From Kondoa subrosea (Eukaryota): DNA of 64,000 nucleotides. Shown here one piece after another: positions 26,870 through 39,966 of the stretch (positions are counted from its first letter, which is position 1; the number at the start of each line of letters is the position of its first letter). The notes beneath the pieces were generated by a model. The model did not search any database. It was not told the DNA's origin and saw nothing but the letters and a program-made list of their open reading frames with translations. A program made the translations under genes and the position numbers. The stretch spans positions 896,641-960,640 of the forward strand of contig BCIN01000005.1 of assembly GCA_039545335.1 (NCBI GenBank), written 5' to 3'.

Positions 26870-28012
26870 ATGACGGACTCGCGCGATCAAGCTCGAATCT
26901 TAGCTTCCATTCTCAATGATCACTTGCAGCATGATCTATCCCTACAGGATCGCGAAGCACTAAAGAAAGCTTCAAGACAATGCAAGCTCTCTTCTAATTT
27001 ATGCTACTCTCTTTACTTCATCTTATATATTTCTCCTTTGGGTGCAGTTCTGTTCACTGCTATTGGTGGACTATTGCTTGGATCAGCAGCAGCAGCTCGA
27101 TTTACATTCACAGGTGTACGTCTCCACTTCACTGTACGTTTTCCCTTCTAATGCGGTAAGCATAGAAATACGCTCCATCGAAATTAAGGCAACTCCCACC
27201 TCTGTACAACAAGACTACTCAATCTTGGGATCAAAATGTAATGAGGGATAGACTGGCTTTCTTTGGCCGTGGATTCTTATTGAGCAGTATTGGGTTGATT
27301 GCTGGTACTCAATTAGGTGTTAGCGCCGGTTTCTACCTGTCAAATCGGACAATAGAGAGGTGCATCTCATCTACAATCGGAAAAAGCACATAGTTGATTT
27401 CATGTGGTGTAATACAGGGAAGGAGATAGAGATAGGATAGCTAGAGCTATGATGGCTGCCCAGAAAGACTTGAAAGAGAAATTAGGACCTATGCAACCAG
27501 GTGGAAGGAAGATGAGGGATCTACCTTTCACTTCCAACAGCAGCAACAGCGGTCAACCGGGAGTAGAAGAGATTGATGGAGAAAACACATCGCTGTCTAC
27601 TGCTTGGGAGAAAGACCAGATTATTGAACCTCAACCTGCTAGTGAATTTGTTGAAGAAGGTCAAAGGCAGAGATATGTGCCGCCTCCGATCAGTACTGGT
27701 ATATCTTTCGTTGCCTAATGTTGTCAAGATGCTGATGAGACGTTAGACCCAAACAAACGATCGAGATGGCAAGATCTAAGGTCGAATGGTAAAGCAGAAG
27801 CTTCAACGTGGGAGAAGATCAGACAAGATAACGCCAAAGGCAACCTGAAGAAAGAAGAGGAAGCTCAGAAAGCTGCTTCGTTTGGTGGTGGGGAGATCAA
27901 GGCGAGAGACAGAGAAGCAGAACAGCGAGCATTCAACGAAATGATGGAAAAGGAACGCAGAGGGGGGTCCGATGGCGGTTTTATAGAGGAAGTCAGGCGA
28001 CCGAGAATGTAA
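26870..28012 (+). CDS. Conserved fungal membrane protein of unknown function
   Basis: Two Gly-rich TM segments; C-terminal SRWQDLRS/STWEKIRQ motifs; several introns, one GC-AG. Confidence 0.65.
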
Positions 28013-28103
28013 TTCCAAAATTTCCCCTTCACGATCGAAACGAAAATGCAAATTCCAAACCCTAATGTACACCTTGTAAACCCCTTCTAGATAAGCCTAG
28101 CAT

Positions 28104-28925
28104 CTATTCGGTCTGTTCGAATTGGAAGACGACGTTCTTGCCGGTCAGCTTGTTGTAGACTGAAGAAAAAGAGTCGAGCTTGTATTCGAGAGAAGTAGCA
28201 TCTTTTGCGTCGAGGAAGACCTTGATGAGCTTGCTTCCATCAACATTTTGGCGAATTCTCTTTCCAGTGATCTATTGAAAAGCTCAGCATGCATTAGTAA
28301 CGCGACACGAGTTAGACTAACCTCGGTGGGGAAGACAAGGTCTTCGAGAATGGCATCGTGAACAGCCTTGAGAGTACGAGATCGAGGTCTCTGTTGCTTA
28401 GCACGAGACTTGCGAGTTGGCTTTGGTACCATTCGGCGTTGAGCGACGAAGAGGATGTGAATACCAGAGAACTTCTTTTCAAGCTCACGAGTGAGTCTGT
28501 CAATGCAAAGGATGACTGTGTAAGCATACACTAGAAAGCTGTTCCAATCTCTCTGACTGACCTTATTTGGATTTTGTGGAAAGCCTTAAGCTGAGGAACA
28601 GGTACGAAGATGACAATGGCCTTTTTGCCTCCCTTGACTTCGACTTCACGAGCAGCAGAAATCTGAAGAGGACCCAATTCGCTCCTACACAAAGAGAGAA
28701 AAGCCCGACATCAGCCCAGAGCTAGCTCTGCTGGAAACGGGCCTACTTGAGGTCGTTGACGTTGTTTTGAAGATCGACTAGAGCCTGGCCAACGAGCAAT
28801 TCGGTCTCGTTGGGAGGTGTGCGAGCAGCATTGGCTGAGCGAACCTTTATGCGAAAAAAGTTTTGAGTCAGTATTCTGTAGATATCTGTATCCCTGCTGC
28901 TCACAATTTTTCCAGCAGCAGACAT
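28104..28925 (-). CDS. RPS7: 40S ribosomal protein S7 (eS7)
   Basis: [35 protein letters not shown] and [13 protein letters not shown]. Confidence 0.97.
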
Positions 28926-29346
28926 GGTGAGATGTGTCGTTGTTGAATCAGACTTCAACACATCTTTTTCTCAAAGGAGGTTCGGCTGCTAGAGCCGGTC
29001 CTTATGTAAGCACGCCAACGAGTGTCAGTCTTTCTCTCCTCTAGTAGTTCTTACCCCTCTTGTCCGTGCGCAGCAAACAAATCAAGCTCAAGAGTAGCCA
29101 CCATTGCAGTGCTTTGGCTTTCTAACTTCATATCTCCAAATTTCCGTTGCCTGGAAGTTCGATATGAGACTGATGCTGTGGCTCCCACCCAATCGCATGA
29201 GCCTCGCGTCTAGCAAGAATCGTACCAAATCGAGGCAATAATGATCTTCTCGGTCCCCTTTGTCCTAAAGCGATTGCTCGGATGTTATCTCCCTCTCGTT
29301 CTTTTCCCGTCAATCTCAATCCTGCCTCTTCTCTGGGTTTTGCGCA

Positions 29347-30010
29347 ATGACTACTGCTCCTCCTGCTCTAAGACACCAAGTTTCGCCCGTCAAGAACAGC
29401 TCGCCAGTCTATACCTATCTAGGAACCTGGATGACTGCCGCGGGAGTTGGGCAATTGGATGCTGTCAGATCTACGACCGCTCCTGGCTTCGATTACCGAA
29501 CGATGGTTGCCTATCATTATTGTGCGAAGCGCTCTCAACCCGCATTCACTAGCTATGTCGTTCTGATCTACGACAGCTCTGCGGGAACGGACCATCAAGC
29601 AAATTGGCCATATCTAGGCTTCTTGGAAAGTAAATTTACTTCAACATGTGGTATGTTCATTCTGGCTCGGTCGACATAAATCTGATATCGCTACGCCGTA
29701 GTTTTTTTTCCGAAGTCCAGTTCTCCAGGTCGCTTTGCACACTCAAATATCATACAATACTCTGAAAACAATGCATACAATGGCCTATAATGTTCACTTG
29801 AACGAATGGGACCGACCAATTTGGCCTCTTTTGACTCCTCCGCGCAAACTCGAGGCATGTATTCCGACTACAAAGGTCAACTATAGACATGTTGATTGGC
29901 AAGCGTTGCGGCAGGCGTACTCGTCGTTGGGCATGCAAAGCTTAGGCGTCAGAGATATTGCGGGCCATCTGGAGCACGGAGAACATTGGGCTCTGCAACT
30001 CCGGGGCTAA
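29347..30010 (+). CDS. Orphan hypothetical protein, two exons
   Basis: Two ORFs separated by an intron starting GTATGT at 29651; acceptor ambiguous. Confidence 0.5.
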
Positions 30011-30147
30011 ACACAGATTGCTCTGACTGCCATCCTTGACTGTTTTCATCGTGTAATAGATACTTCTTCGTGCCACTGCTTTTGATATCGCGCATGCTTC
30101 CGCTGCCTGAGTTGGGAAGATTTGTCATCTACTCTTGATCGAAGACC

Positions 30148-31097
30148 ATGAGCCAACCTATACCCAATTTGCCTGCAGCTCTCAATGCTCAAGCATTACC
30201 TGAAGAGCTGCTCGTATCGTTGCGAGGGAAGCTCGTTCAGCTGATCGAGTCTCTGTACATGTTTCAGCAAGGATTGCAGCAAGGCGGTCAAAACTATCTC
30301 TTGCCTTGGTTCGCTTGTCAATCTGTCTTCTAGTATCATTCTCATGCATATATACCAGGCCGGACATTGTAGCTCGCTACACGCTCTTACTCTCGCATAC
30401 ACATTCTATCGCATCTCAACTCATCCCTCCTCCTGCTTCTGGTGCAGCAGATGAAGAAGCTGCGTGGGACAAGACCTTGGCCAATGTGGTCATCCATCCG
30501 GTTGCTCAAATAGAAGAAACGCAAGATCATATAGTTGGAGCACTTTTACGAACTAAGCAGGTCAGCTTGAATTGCCGCTCTATCAGTGTTATACTGATAC
30601 AGAGTGATTTCGCTTGACAGTTTCCTGAAGTCGAAAACAAGCAAGCGGAACTGATGGCAGCTCTACCGGAAGCGCTGCAAGCACCTTTACCTGATTCTAT
30701 ACCTTCCATGCTAGAAGAACAACCTGATATTATGGCTCAAAGACAGAAACTCGCTTTCCTACATCGACAAGTAGCGGATCACGATCAATTATGTGAACAT
30801 GCGCTGAAAGTAGCTAATAAACTGCGGACGGGCGAAACGGATGAGGACGAAGAAGAGGACGATGAGGATTTGTTTGGCGATAGTCAGTTCTTCTCTTGAT
30901 TTCAGCTGTCTTCATGCGCTGAGTAATGTATAGATGCACCAGAAGCTTATGCCTGGAACATGAGATTAGTCAATGAGGAAGATGAAGAGCAAAAGAAGCA
31001 GGCGAAAGCAGGAATGGTCAATCTAGAGGCTCTTGACATTTTCGCTACCTTTATGAAGGATGGGCGGAAGCTAGGTAGCTTGTCGCATCTGACTTGA
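30148..31097 (+). CDS. MED8: Mediator subunit Med8
   Basis: LRGKLVQLIESL, LPWPDIVARYTLLLS and VVIHP...LLRTKQFPEVE. Confidence 0.8.
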
Positions 31098-31146
31098 ATA
31101 TATGCGATAATTATTAATTACATAAATTGTCAAACACGGTCTATTG

Positions 31147-32457
31147 TTAACCGCTCCTATTCTCTTCTGGATTTGATCCTAAGGCTTTCTTGACCTGCTC
31201 ATGTGTCAAATGGTAGATGGAAGGAGAGTGAAGAGACTTACTATCGAATTGTCGAGGAATTTTGCCATCTACAGACCTTGAGCCCCAGACTCAAAAGCAG
31301 AGCTGCCGCGAACGTACCTTTGGCTCTATGAATAGCGTTCTACGGAAGTAAGTCAGACTCAGAGTTCATATCTACTTCACCTTACGAGAACATACGTTGA
31401 TTTCGCTAGCAACTCTCCTTTAAGCGTCTCTATTGTTCCTTCCGTCCAAGCTTTCCTTCCATCTAATTTTGTCAGTCTAGTGTGTACGACAACGAATTGA
31501 CTGTCCGATATTATGTTAGCCGACTCCATAATATCGGGCGCACAATCACACTCACTCAGCGAAACAAGGTGATTTGTAATCTATTGTTAGGTTTGCAGTA
31601 ACGCCTATTTGTGACGGTAGGTTCAGAATAGCCTGAAGTATAGCATAATGATAATCAGCTAAGACGGACAGATAACTCGCAAGCACATACCACACGCCCT
31701 TGGGCTTCGTCCAGTATAGTAGCTAGCATGCCTCCATGTATTATACCACTGCAATCAGTCAGCTCGGCAGATCATTATGGACAAAAGCGCTTACTCGTGC
31801 CCGCATAAACTTCGCCCGAGATGGATAATACTGCGAAGAGTATCGGTACAGCGATTGAAACGAAGAGTGAAGACGTACATCTTGGCTTCTGATTCATCGT
31901 GTGTGCTGAAAACAAGCGGATAGAGGGTCAGTTTGCCTGGTCCTCGCAAAATGTATGCTGTAAGGTGATGCTGTAGCTTCCTTCAATGCCAATAATAATA
32001 AGCTCTATTATACTCATGATACATGATGAAGAGATAGAGCTCACGCAGTCGGGTAGTTTATGTATGGTCTGCTCTCTTTCCACTTCCTCCTTGTCTGTAA
32101 CTTAGTTGGAGTAGTTTCCGACAAAGATCCATTCGAAGCGGTTGATTGGGTAGGTTCCATCTCATTCCTCAATTGCTGAACTAATGGCAAGTTCTGGAGC
32201 TCTGCTTCTTTGGCTTTCATGATCGCTTGACCTTCCTCTGATTCAGCTGAAGGACTCGGAGCTGCGTAAGGTGGATTCAACATTCTGGCAATAGAAGAAG
32301 GATAGAAAGTAGCGAGTGCATAGCCAACGCTGAGGGAAGCCAGAGTAGCAACTATGAGAGGAGTATTGGACCGAGAAGGTGGAGACCTGCTTATTGTCCT
32401 GACATGGCTAGACACAGGCCTGGTGCTGCGCGATAGACATAGCTGTCGTGTGAGCAT
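31147..32457 (-). CDS. Mitochondrial hot-dog-fold thioesterase (THEM4/FMP10-like)
   Basis: Presequence-like N-terminus, HHLTAYILRGPGKL and HLGRSLCGH-GIIHGGMLATILDE. Confidence 0.85.
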
Positions 32458-32571
32458 GCGAGCAGCTGGTGTGGACTTCATCTCGTTGTCCAAGGTCACG
32501 AAAAATAACAGGCTTGTCCTGAGACGATCATCGAATATCAGAAGAGTTGCTATACCATTGCTGGCAGGAGA

Positions 32572-34616
32572 ATGTCTAGAAGAGGCCGAGGACGTCGATC
32601 CATGCAAAGCAGGCAATCATGGACACCGTCAGAAACGGTGCTGCCTGCATTTCAACGGTTGTCAGTACAGGTGGAAGCCTCTAGTCCTGCTCTTGGTCCA
32701 CCTCCGTTCCCTGCATTTGATCCTTCTCTACCACTTCCAACCTTTCCGTTTCCTTCTTCAGCAGGTCCATCGCTTGGGACGTTTCAGTCAAGGCCACAAA
32801 CTGGACTCCGCCTGTCCCTCTATTCGTTCCCGATGCCATTGCTCAAGATCAGATGTATCACAACGTCTCAGCGTTGAGGAAGCTACATCCTTTCTCTGAA
32901 CGACCTGTACATAAATGGTCTTCTTTCGGTCAGCCGTCTTGATTCTTGCCGTGGATGTATACTCAAACGGTATGAAGGCATCAATGCCTCTAAGTCTATT
33001 GTCCAGGGCTGCGATATATCTTTAGAGGACCAACGTTATGCGGAAACAATACTCAAGCAAGATTTGACATCCTTCGTAAGTGGCTTACGATGAGGCAGGA
33101 ACCTTCAGCTGAAAATCTCACCGGTCAGGGAAAAGCATTCGACAAACAGTGGCAAGCGTTGATGACTTTATATCCACCAGAAGTAGTCAATAATTCTGCC
33201 AGGCCTATAATGCGTGTACCAATCGAAATCTGGAATGATATCTTTGCTCTCCTAGCAACTTCCATCAAGCCCGTAGATGTAACTCAGAGTCTGGCTGGCC
33301 ACGATGTCGTTCGTTTTGCGTTGGTCTGCAAAAGGTTCGCAATGTTGGCGAAATTCGCGATCTATCGAAGCATTCAAGTAGAAGCTCATTCGACAGCCAA
33401 GAATCATCTGTTACAAAACACGCTATCTAGCGAATCTCGACCTGGTTCAGGCGATGTTCAGGCTATGGTCTCGCGCATCAGGTGGACTTGCGCGAAGACA
33501 GCTACGCCAATCGATCTCTCTATATCAAGATCTATTGTACAATGCTGTGGGGCTGTCAAGTCACTCGCAATGAATTTCAACGGAGCCGAGAATTACGACA
33601 AATTATTGGCTGTCTTCCCTTTTCCAGCATCTTTCAACACTCTCAAGTCTCTCGATATCACATACGGTATCGGAAACATTCCTCTTACTCTCGATATGTA
33701 CCCGAACAACTTTTCGTCCTTGTCCACTTTCATCCTTCGCAAGGACTACTTAAGCGACAGTCCGGCAAACAGCACGGACTCCCCCTGGCTAATAGGACCC
33801 ATGCCTGTAATATCTGCGCCGCTTACTCGCATTGAGGTCCATCTAAATCAGCTACCGTCAATTCAGTCGGTCAACGGTGCAAATCGATGGAGAAGTCAGA
33901 ATGAATTCTCTCCTTTTACTGGTATACATCGCTTTCTTGAACCATCATTGAAGACTTTGCAAGATTTGACACTAGACGCAACTTCTTTTGATCCCGCTCG
34001 CATACTGGCAGAAGTCAATCGTACACCTCAGCAGCGCAATCGATATCACAAGGTACAGCATTTGAATATTGGGTACGTCCAGGTGGAGAAAGAAGGTCTA
34101 TCTTGGATCAAACTACTCAATACCTTCCCTTCTTTACGCTATCTGACCGTCAACGTTCGTTCTAGTTCTACTACGGGTCAACCTGCTCCAATTGCGCATT
34201 TCTTCGAAGCTCTGCACGAATCAACCACTCTTTCCAGTATCGTTCGTCTCACTCTAAAGCTATCCGATACCTTCGTGAAAGAGGATTTTCTTCCGCATTT
34301 GTTAGGCTTAGAAAGGGGAAAACTCAATACTATCGTCTTTGAAAGCTCTTTACCTCGATTGTCGTCTTTCACTTTCCCTAGAGGCTTCATCCGCTGTCTA
34401 TCGGATTTCATGGATATCATCGAATTATCAGCAAAACAGATGAAGGACTTCTTGAAACAGTGTTCAGAGGGAAGAAAGGTCGTCTTAAGGTTGACGCGAG
34501 AAGAAGACGTGCTGTATGAGATGGCTCGGACCGAGCCATTCAGATGGGTGAACGAAGTGCCTAAGACTCAGTGGATAGCCAATCGAGAAAGAATGTATCT
34601 CTCCGGCGTTTTTTAA
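32572..34616 (+). CDS. F-box protein with LRR-like C-terminus; main exon 33090-34616, 5' exons uncertain
   Basis: F-box-like VPIEIWNDIFALL...FALVCKRFAMLA followed by repeated LxxLxL segments. Confidence 0.7.
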
Positions 34617-34873
34617 TTATAGCTGTCAGCATCACCATATTATATGAATAAGCTTCATCTCAATTGGTGCTGTGTTCTGCGAGGAGTGAGCTACCTCTTC
34701 TTCCTTTGGCGACATGACTAAGTAATCCGCTTGTTGCAATTATAGATAGTCTCAAAGTGGGCTGCTTACGTGCTGCCCTGACGACTTCTTCTTGGCTTCT
34801 TCTCCTTGCTCGACGTTCACCATTTCCAACAGCCATCTATTACTAAGCCAAACTTCAATCCTAAATTTGCAGC

Positions 34874-35342
34874 ATGTCCTCGCTAGCAACTTCTGCCTCG
34901 TTGATAACTGGTCAATTATCATGTGCTGCAATAATCGTTATTGGCATTCGCTTCTTACTTCAACCTGCTCGCTCGACAAAAGAATTCGGCGTGCAACCCA
35001 CTGATGTCAGGGCGCTCACCGCCATCAAAGGTGTACGGGACATTACCTCAGGACTGGTCCCAATGTTGATGTATGCTTCTTTGCAATGACTTGCTCAATC
35101 GTAACCGCTAACTATGTACTGTATTCATGTCCAGGTACTACAAATTCGGGCCTCAGGCATTAGGTTGGGCCTTGTTGGCTGCTTCTGCTACTCCTATTGG
35201 AGATGCTATGATTGTTATTGCAAGGGGAGGCAAGATGGCTCTTGCTCTAGGGATGCACGGAGCCACAGCGGCGGTATTGATGTTGGTTGGATCCACCCTC
35301 GTCAAAAGGTCTGGCCAGAATCTGTGTGACCAGATTGAATGA
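34874..35342 (+). CDS. DUF4267-type small membrane protein
   Basis: IKGVRDITSGL, PIGDAMIV and HGATA motifs; one intron. Confidence 0.8.
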
Positions 35343-35854
35343 CGCTTACCATTGTGTCACTAGCTGAAGAGATATAGTTGAGGCTGGGACTCTGGGAGTT
35401 GAAGTCATTCGTATTGTCTTTGCGCTAGTCTCTCCCAACTCATTGACTTGCGGACATCAGCTGAAGGTCTATGCTGTCCCTGGCCCTCAACTCAGTCTCT
35501 ACACTTCTTGCGATGATGATTTCTCGTGGTTAGCGCAAACAACAGCTTGAAGAAGTAGAAGAAAAGGAAAATCCAACCTTGTTCTCAGAAAAGTACAACT
35601 TGTGCCTCACAGGCATTGATCGTGCCATGAGCTAGCAACATGCCCTGTGCTACTGAGGCTGTACTGCGATGGATCTTTTGCTTGCTTGTGACCGAATCTT
35701 GCCGGTCTCATTTCAGCTTCGATTATGTCCCTATGTCCAATCAGAACGGGCGATACCCTTCCGAGAATGTTAATTTCTGGCTCTTCTCTCTTTCTCTCTC
35801 TTCCTCTTTTACTATACTCCATCGACCTCGCTTGATTGATTTCCTTGCTCTCTC

Positions 35855-36304
35855 ATGTCTGCTGCTCAATCTGTTCCGCCTTACGGTTCTGACCGTTCTT
35901 GGAATGGTCCTTGCCCGGAGAAGATCAATAAGAAGCATCACGACGGAAGCCAATACCCGTATTACAAGTTCAAAGTAAAAGAAGATAATAGAAGTACACT
36001 TCTGAAACTTTTCCGCTTTATCAATGATCTAATCAATTAGCTTTCAGAGTACAAGATCAGCTTGTTCCACGCGAAGCCTCCTGCCGGTGCTGTCATGGAC
36101 TCAGAGCCGGTAGATGATCATCGACTCGGAGGCAAAGTCACCAAGCTTTATGCATACCCTGCAATAGCAAGCGACGGGAATGTCGTCATGCATACTTTGC
36201 ATGATCATAAGCCCCTTCCAGGTTATTTTGAAGGGTTGCAAGAGGCGGCCAAGCTCGCACATGGTGGTCACATGGATTGGCCCAATTCTAAGCAGGTCAG
36301 ATGA
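35855..36304 (+). CDS. Small orphan protein, at least 2 exons, 3' end uncertain
   Basis: ORFs at 35855 and 36062 joined in frame by a GT-AG intron. Confidence 0.45.
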
Positions 36305-36581
36305 TATTGTATGTCCTCGCCTCAGTCTCTGCCGTCGACTTACCTGCACATACCACTAGAGCATACCCCCTGTATCTTATGCAAGCTTGTACATTTCAAA
36401 CAATCCGTGCGACATGTTGGGAGGCTAATATCATACTGCCGTCCATGTCTCCTGAGAATCGACGTCGGTATATCTGAAGTAATAAAGAGAGCTGAGAAAA
36501 TCAAATTGATATCAAGCTACATATTAGATTCATTTTCAGTATTTACAAGCATGCGTTATCTCATGAAGCTTCTCTCAACAT

Positions 36582-39031
36582 TTACAGCTTAGCTGGACGA
36601 GTAGGAGCAGCGTCAGGAGATAGATGAGGCATCATATCGCTCTGGATATCCTGCTCAGCTGATTGTAACATTCAGAACATGGTAAAACTCACAGTCAAGA
36701 ATTCCGAGACGACAGGCGCATGAATCTGTTCACTGAGGTAGCGGCGTGCCAAATCAACTTGCTTGCCGTCGATGGTCTTTTTGCACTTCTCAGCTTCCTC
36801 ATTGAGTATTTGATCGAACCATTCAGCTGAGCATTTCTTTCCAGTTTCGGTTGCAGCAGAGTGTCGTCTAAAATAGCATGAGCTAAGTACTTATGAGCGC
36901 GATCAGAGAGATCTACACCCAAGACCAAAGTTGTACACGAGCGATTTCGGCGGTAGCGGCCTAGTTTTGATGTCAGCATCATTTACATGCAAGTATCGTA
37001 TGCTGGACATACATCTTCCATCAACCACTGTCCAAAAGGTCAACTCTCCATCACAAAGATAAAAGTTGGAGAGACTCACGTTGATAGGTACACAACCTAA
37101 TCCACCGACCCAGTTCGCAACGTAAGACAAAGCAGCCGAGGCATTTTCTCTGATTCCCTTCTCAGTAATCTTGCCTGGTACATTTGTGTTGAGCAGGTCA
37201 AGAGCGGTAACATTGACTTCTTCTCTTCGAATGTGGTACTGTCCGCACTTTCTCTCAACACGAGTACCTGTGTTTACAGATGGAGAGAACTGACCTGGTT
37301 AGGACCTTTCATCTTATCATCGAAGATATCCATAGCGATCTTTACCAAAGCAGGATGCTTAAAAAAAAGAAAAGAAGACAAAAATGAGAAAGGGAGAAGA
37401 GAAAGAAGGGGAGAGGACGTACCGCGACCCAAGTTCCATCATGACCGGCTGTCACTTCGCGGAGCTTGTCTGCTCTTACTTTGGCCATTGCTGCATCATT
37501 GGCTTTGTCATCGCCCTTGATTGGAATCTGAGCAGACATGCCACCCATAGCTGCAACGCTTCGTCTATCATAGTTTGGTCGGTAAGCGTAAAAGAGAGGG
37601 AAGAGGGAAAGGAGCTTACCTGTGACAAGTCTTGATGAGAAGACGAACATAAGCGTCCATGAACGGTACAGTCATGGTGATATCTGATCGATCGGGCAGG
37701 ACAAAGTTGGGGTTGTGTCGGGTCTTTTTGATGAACGAGAAGATGTCTATGAAGCACGTCAGAGTGAAGTTCAAAAAGGGTTGCAATGAAGCTCACAATC
37801 CCCTGTGAGTATACAACGAACGATTTAGCTGTGCCGACAGCTACCGTGGGTCTGTACTCACATCGACCGCAGTTGAGACCTGAAGAATGTTCTTTCAACT
37901 CAAAGATGATTTCATCCATTTGGAAAGCAGCCATGATAGTCTCGATCAGAACTGTTCCTCTAATGGTTCCACGAGGCATGCCAATAATATCTTGCGAAAG
38001 CTTAAAGACATCGTTCCAAAGTCTAGCTTCAAGGTAATGCTCCATCTTGGGTAAGTAAAAGTATGGACCATGACCGTTTGCGACTAATTGTTTTGCATTG
38101 TGGAAGAAGTAGAGACCGAAATCGAAGAGAGAACCAGACATGCGTTGGCCATCAATCAAGATGTTTGGTTCTTCTAAATGCCATCCTCTTGGTCGAACAA
38201 GGAGAACAGCAATCTTATCGGCCAACTTGTATTCTTTACCTGATTTGGCATCCTTGAAAGCGATTTGCCTTTTGTTAGCATCGCGTAAGTTGACTTGTCC
38301 ATCAAGCGAGTTCAACCAAGTTGGTGCATTTGAATCTTCGAAATCAGCCATGTAGGTTTTAGCACCACTGCAGACACCATGAGATTTTAGCTCTTGGTAA
38401 GCAGCGAGGATATGGCAGCTCGCCTGTTCAAACTGCAGAGAAAGGTCGTATTAGGTAATGAAAACACAAAGGCACGTGAAATACTCACGCATTAATGACC
38501 ATCTTTCGATCAACAGGACCAGTGATTTCGACTCTTCGGTCAGTCATACCAGGTCCTATCATTCTATTTCAGCTGATAGTACGGAACATAAGAGAAAAGT
38601 AACAAACCTGGAGCAGCACCAGTCCAAGTTGGGTCATCACGAATGTTCTTGGTCTCAGGCAAGAAATCAGGTAGTGCTCCAGCATCCAACTGAACTTGGT
38701 ATAGAGCTCGACGTTGTAGCAGCTATAACACATTTGAGGTTTTGATCAGTATCACTTAAGCTTACAATACCTTCGAGACGGAGCGGACTCACGGATTTAC
38801 GAGTGTGATCAAAGTTTCTGTGCAAGACGGCTAAGAATTCCAGTGCTTCATTGGTAAGGATAGTCTTATGAGCTCCTGGTGTTTTAGAGGAGAGGTTTGA
38901 GATCTGGTGATATCATTTCAAAACGGAGAGCCGCAAACCTTCGACTTTAGCTACAGCGGACAGGGTTAGTAGCTGTCCATGTGATGAGACTAATATGTAC
39001 CTAAGATCTGTACTCCTTGAGGTAATGACAT
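36582..39031 (-). CDS. MLS1: Malate synthase, peroxisomal (C-terminal PTS1 -AKL)
   Basis: [47 protein letters not shown] and [12 protein letters not shown]; ends TRPAKL*. Confidence 0.97.
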
Positions 39032-39966
39032 TGTTGATTGATAAGGGAAAAGAAATATGGAGCAAGTTGGAGCAAAGTCGTGGAGAATAGCCGATCGTAG
39101 GAAATCTATTTCAAGTTGATCTATGCGTTATATGGAGTTGTATACAACGATAGATTCCAGCCTACACGCTGGAAACCTTGTTACTGAACGAATCAAAGTC
39201 CGCATGTGAAACTGCCTTGAACATAACTCCCCAGAAGACCGCAGACGCGATCAGTAAGTGCATGAGAGGTTTCACCTAGTAGACCATTGACTCTCTGGCT
39301 CAAAGAGGACATAGAGATCGCGCGATACACCTTCCTTGTGTTCGTTGCGTGCAACCCGTCGAAATGGTAGAAGAAACCTACAACAGCCTTGAAACTGGTT
39401 CACAAACACAGGAGTCAGCGCGTAGAATATATTCTTGATCCGAGCTGTGCCAATTGATGGTGGATTCGGTGTCAGACACGACGAAAGTAGCCTTTGGTTA
39501 TCTGGAAAAGCACTGCAGAAAGCGCATCAATCTCAATAGTGACTCGTTTCACTTTAGCTAGCGATCGTTGTGAAAGAAGAGACAATGCTCCTGCATCAGA
39601 CGAGAGCCCGAGATCTGAAATGGCACTCGTATTTCTGCTTGCCATCAGGATAGAATGGATTACCATGCACAAGAGTAATGACAGTGTCAGAGCGTATGTG
39701 CTGCACCTACGTAGCAGCACGATGCTAGGCATAAAAGGGAACATGCAATAGAACAGACAGCAGATAATCCGGAAAGCGCGAACGAAATTCGAGTAACCAA
39801 AGACCACGAGGCGATGCGACAGATAGACCGCCTTGAGGCATAGAAGCGAATGGCAGATGTTGTGCGATAGACATCCAGATTGAGACAAGATTGAGAAGGC
39901 ATTTCACGGTTTAGCTCCAACCTGAGCATATTGTTTTCCGCGAACAGTCAGAGCAGGCCAAGCTCA

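Noticed and set aside
2271..29009. Recurrent TTATGTAA near promoters (2271, 11656, 29002)
   Set aside because: The count is close to chance expectation for an AT-rich 8-mer, and it also occurs in an intron.
29702..29720. Apparent frameshift at a T8 run
   Set aside because: An alternative CAG acceptor at 29720 or a homopolymer error explains it.
39472..39929. Overlapping hydrophobic ORFs upstream of malate synthase
   Set aside because: No motif or splice support; likely promoter-region noise, like most short antisense ORFs in the track.
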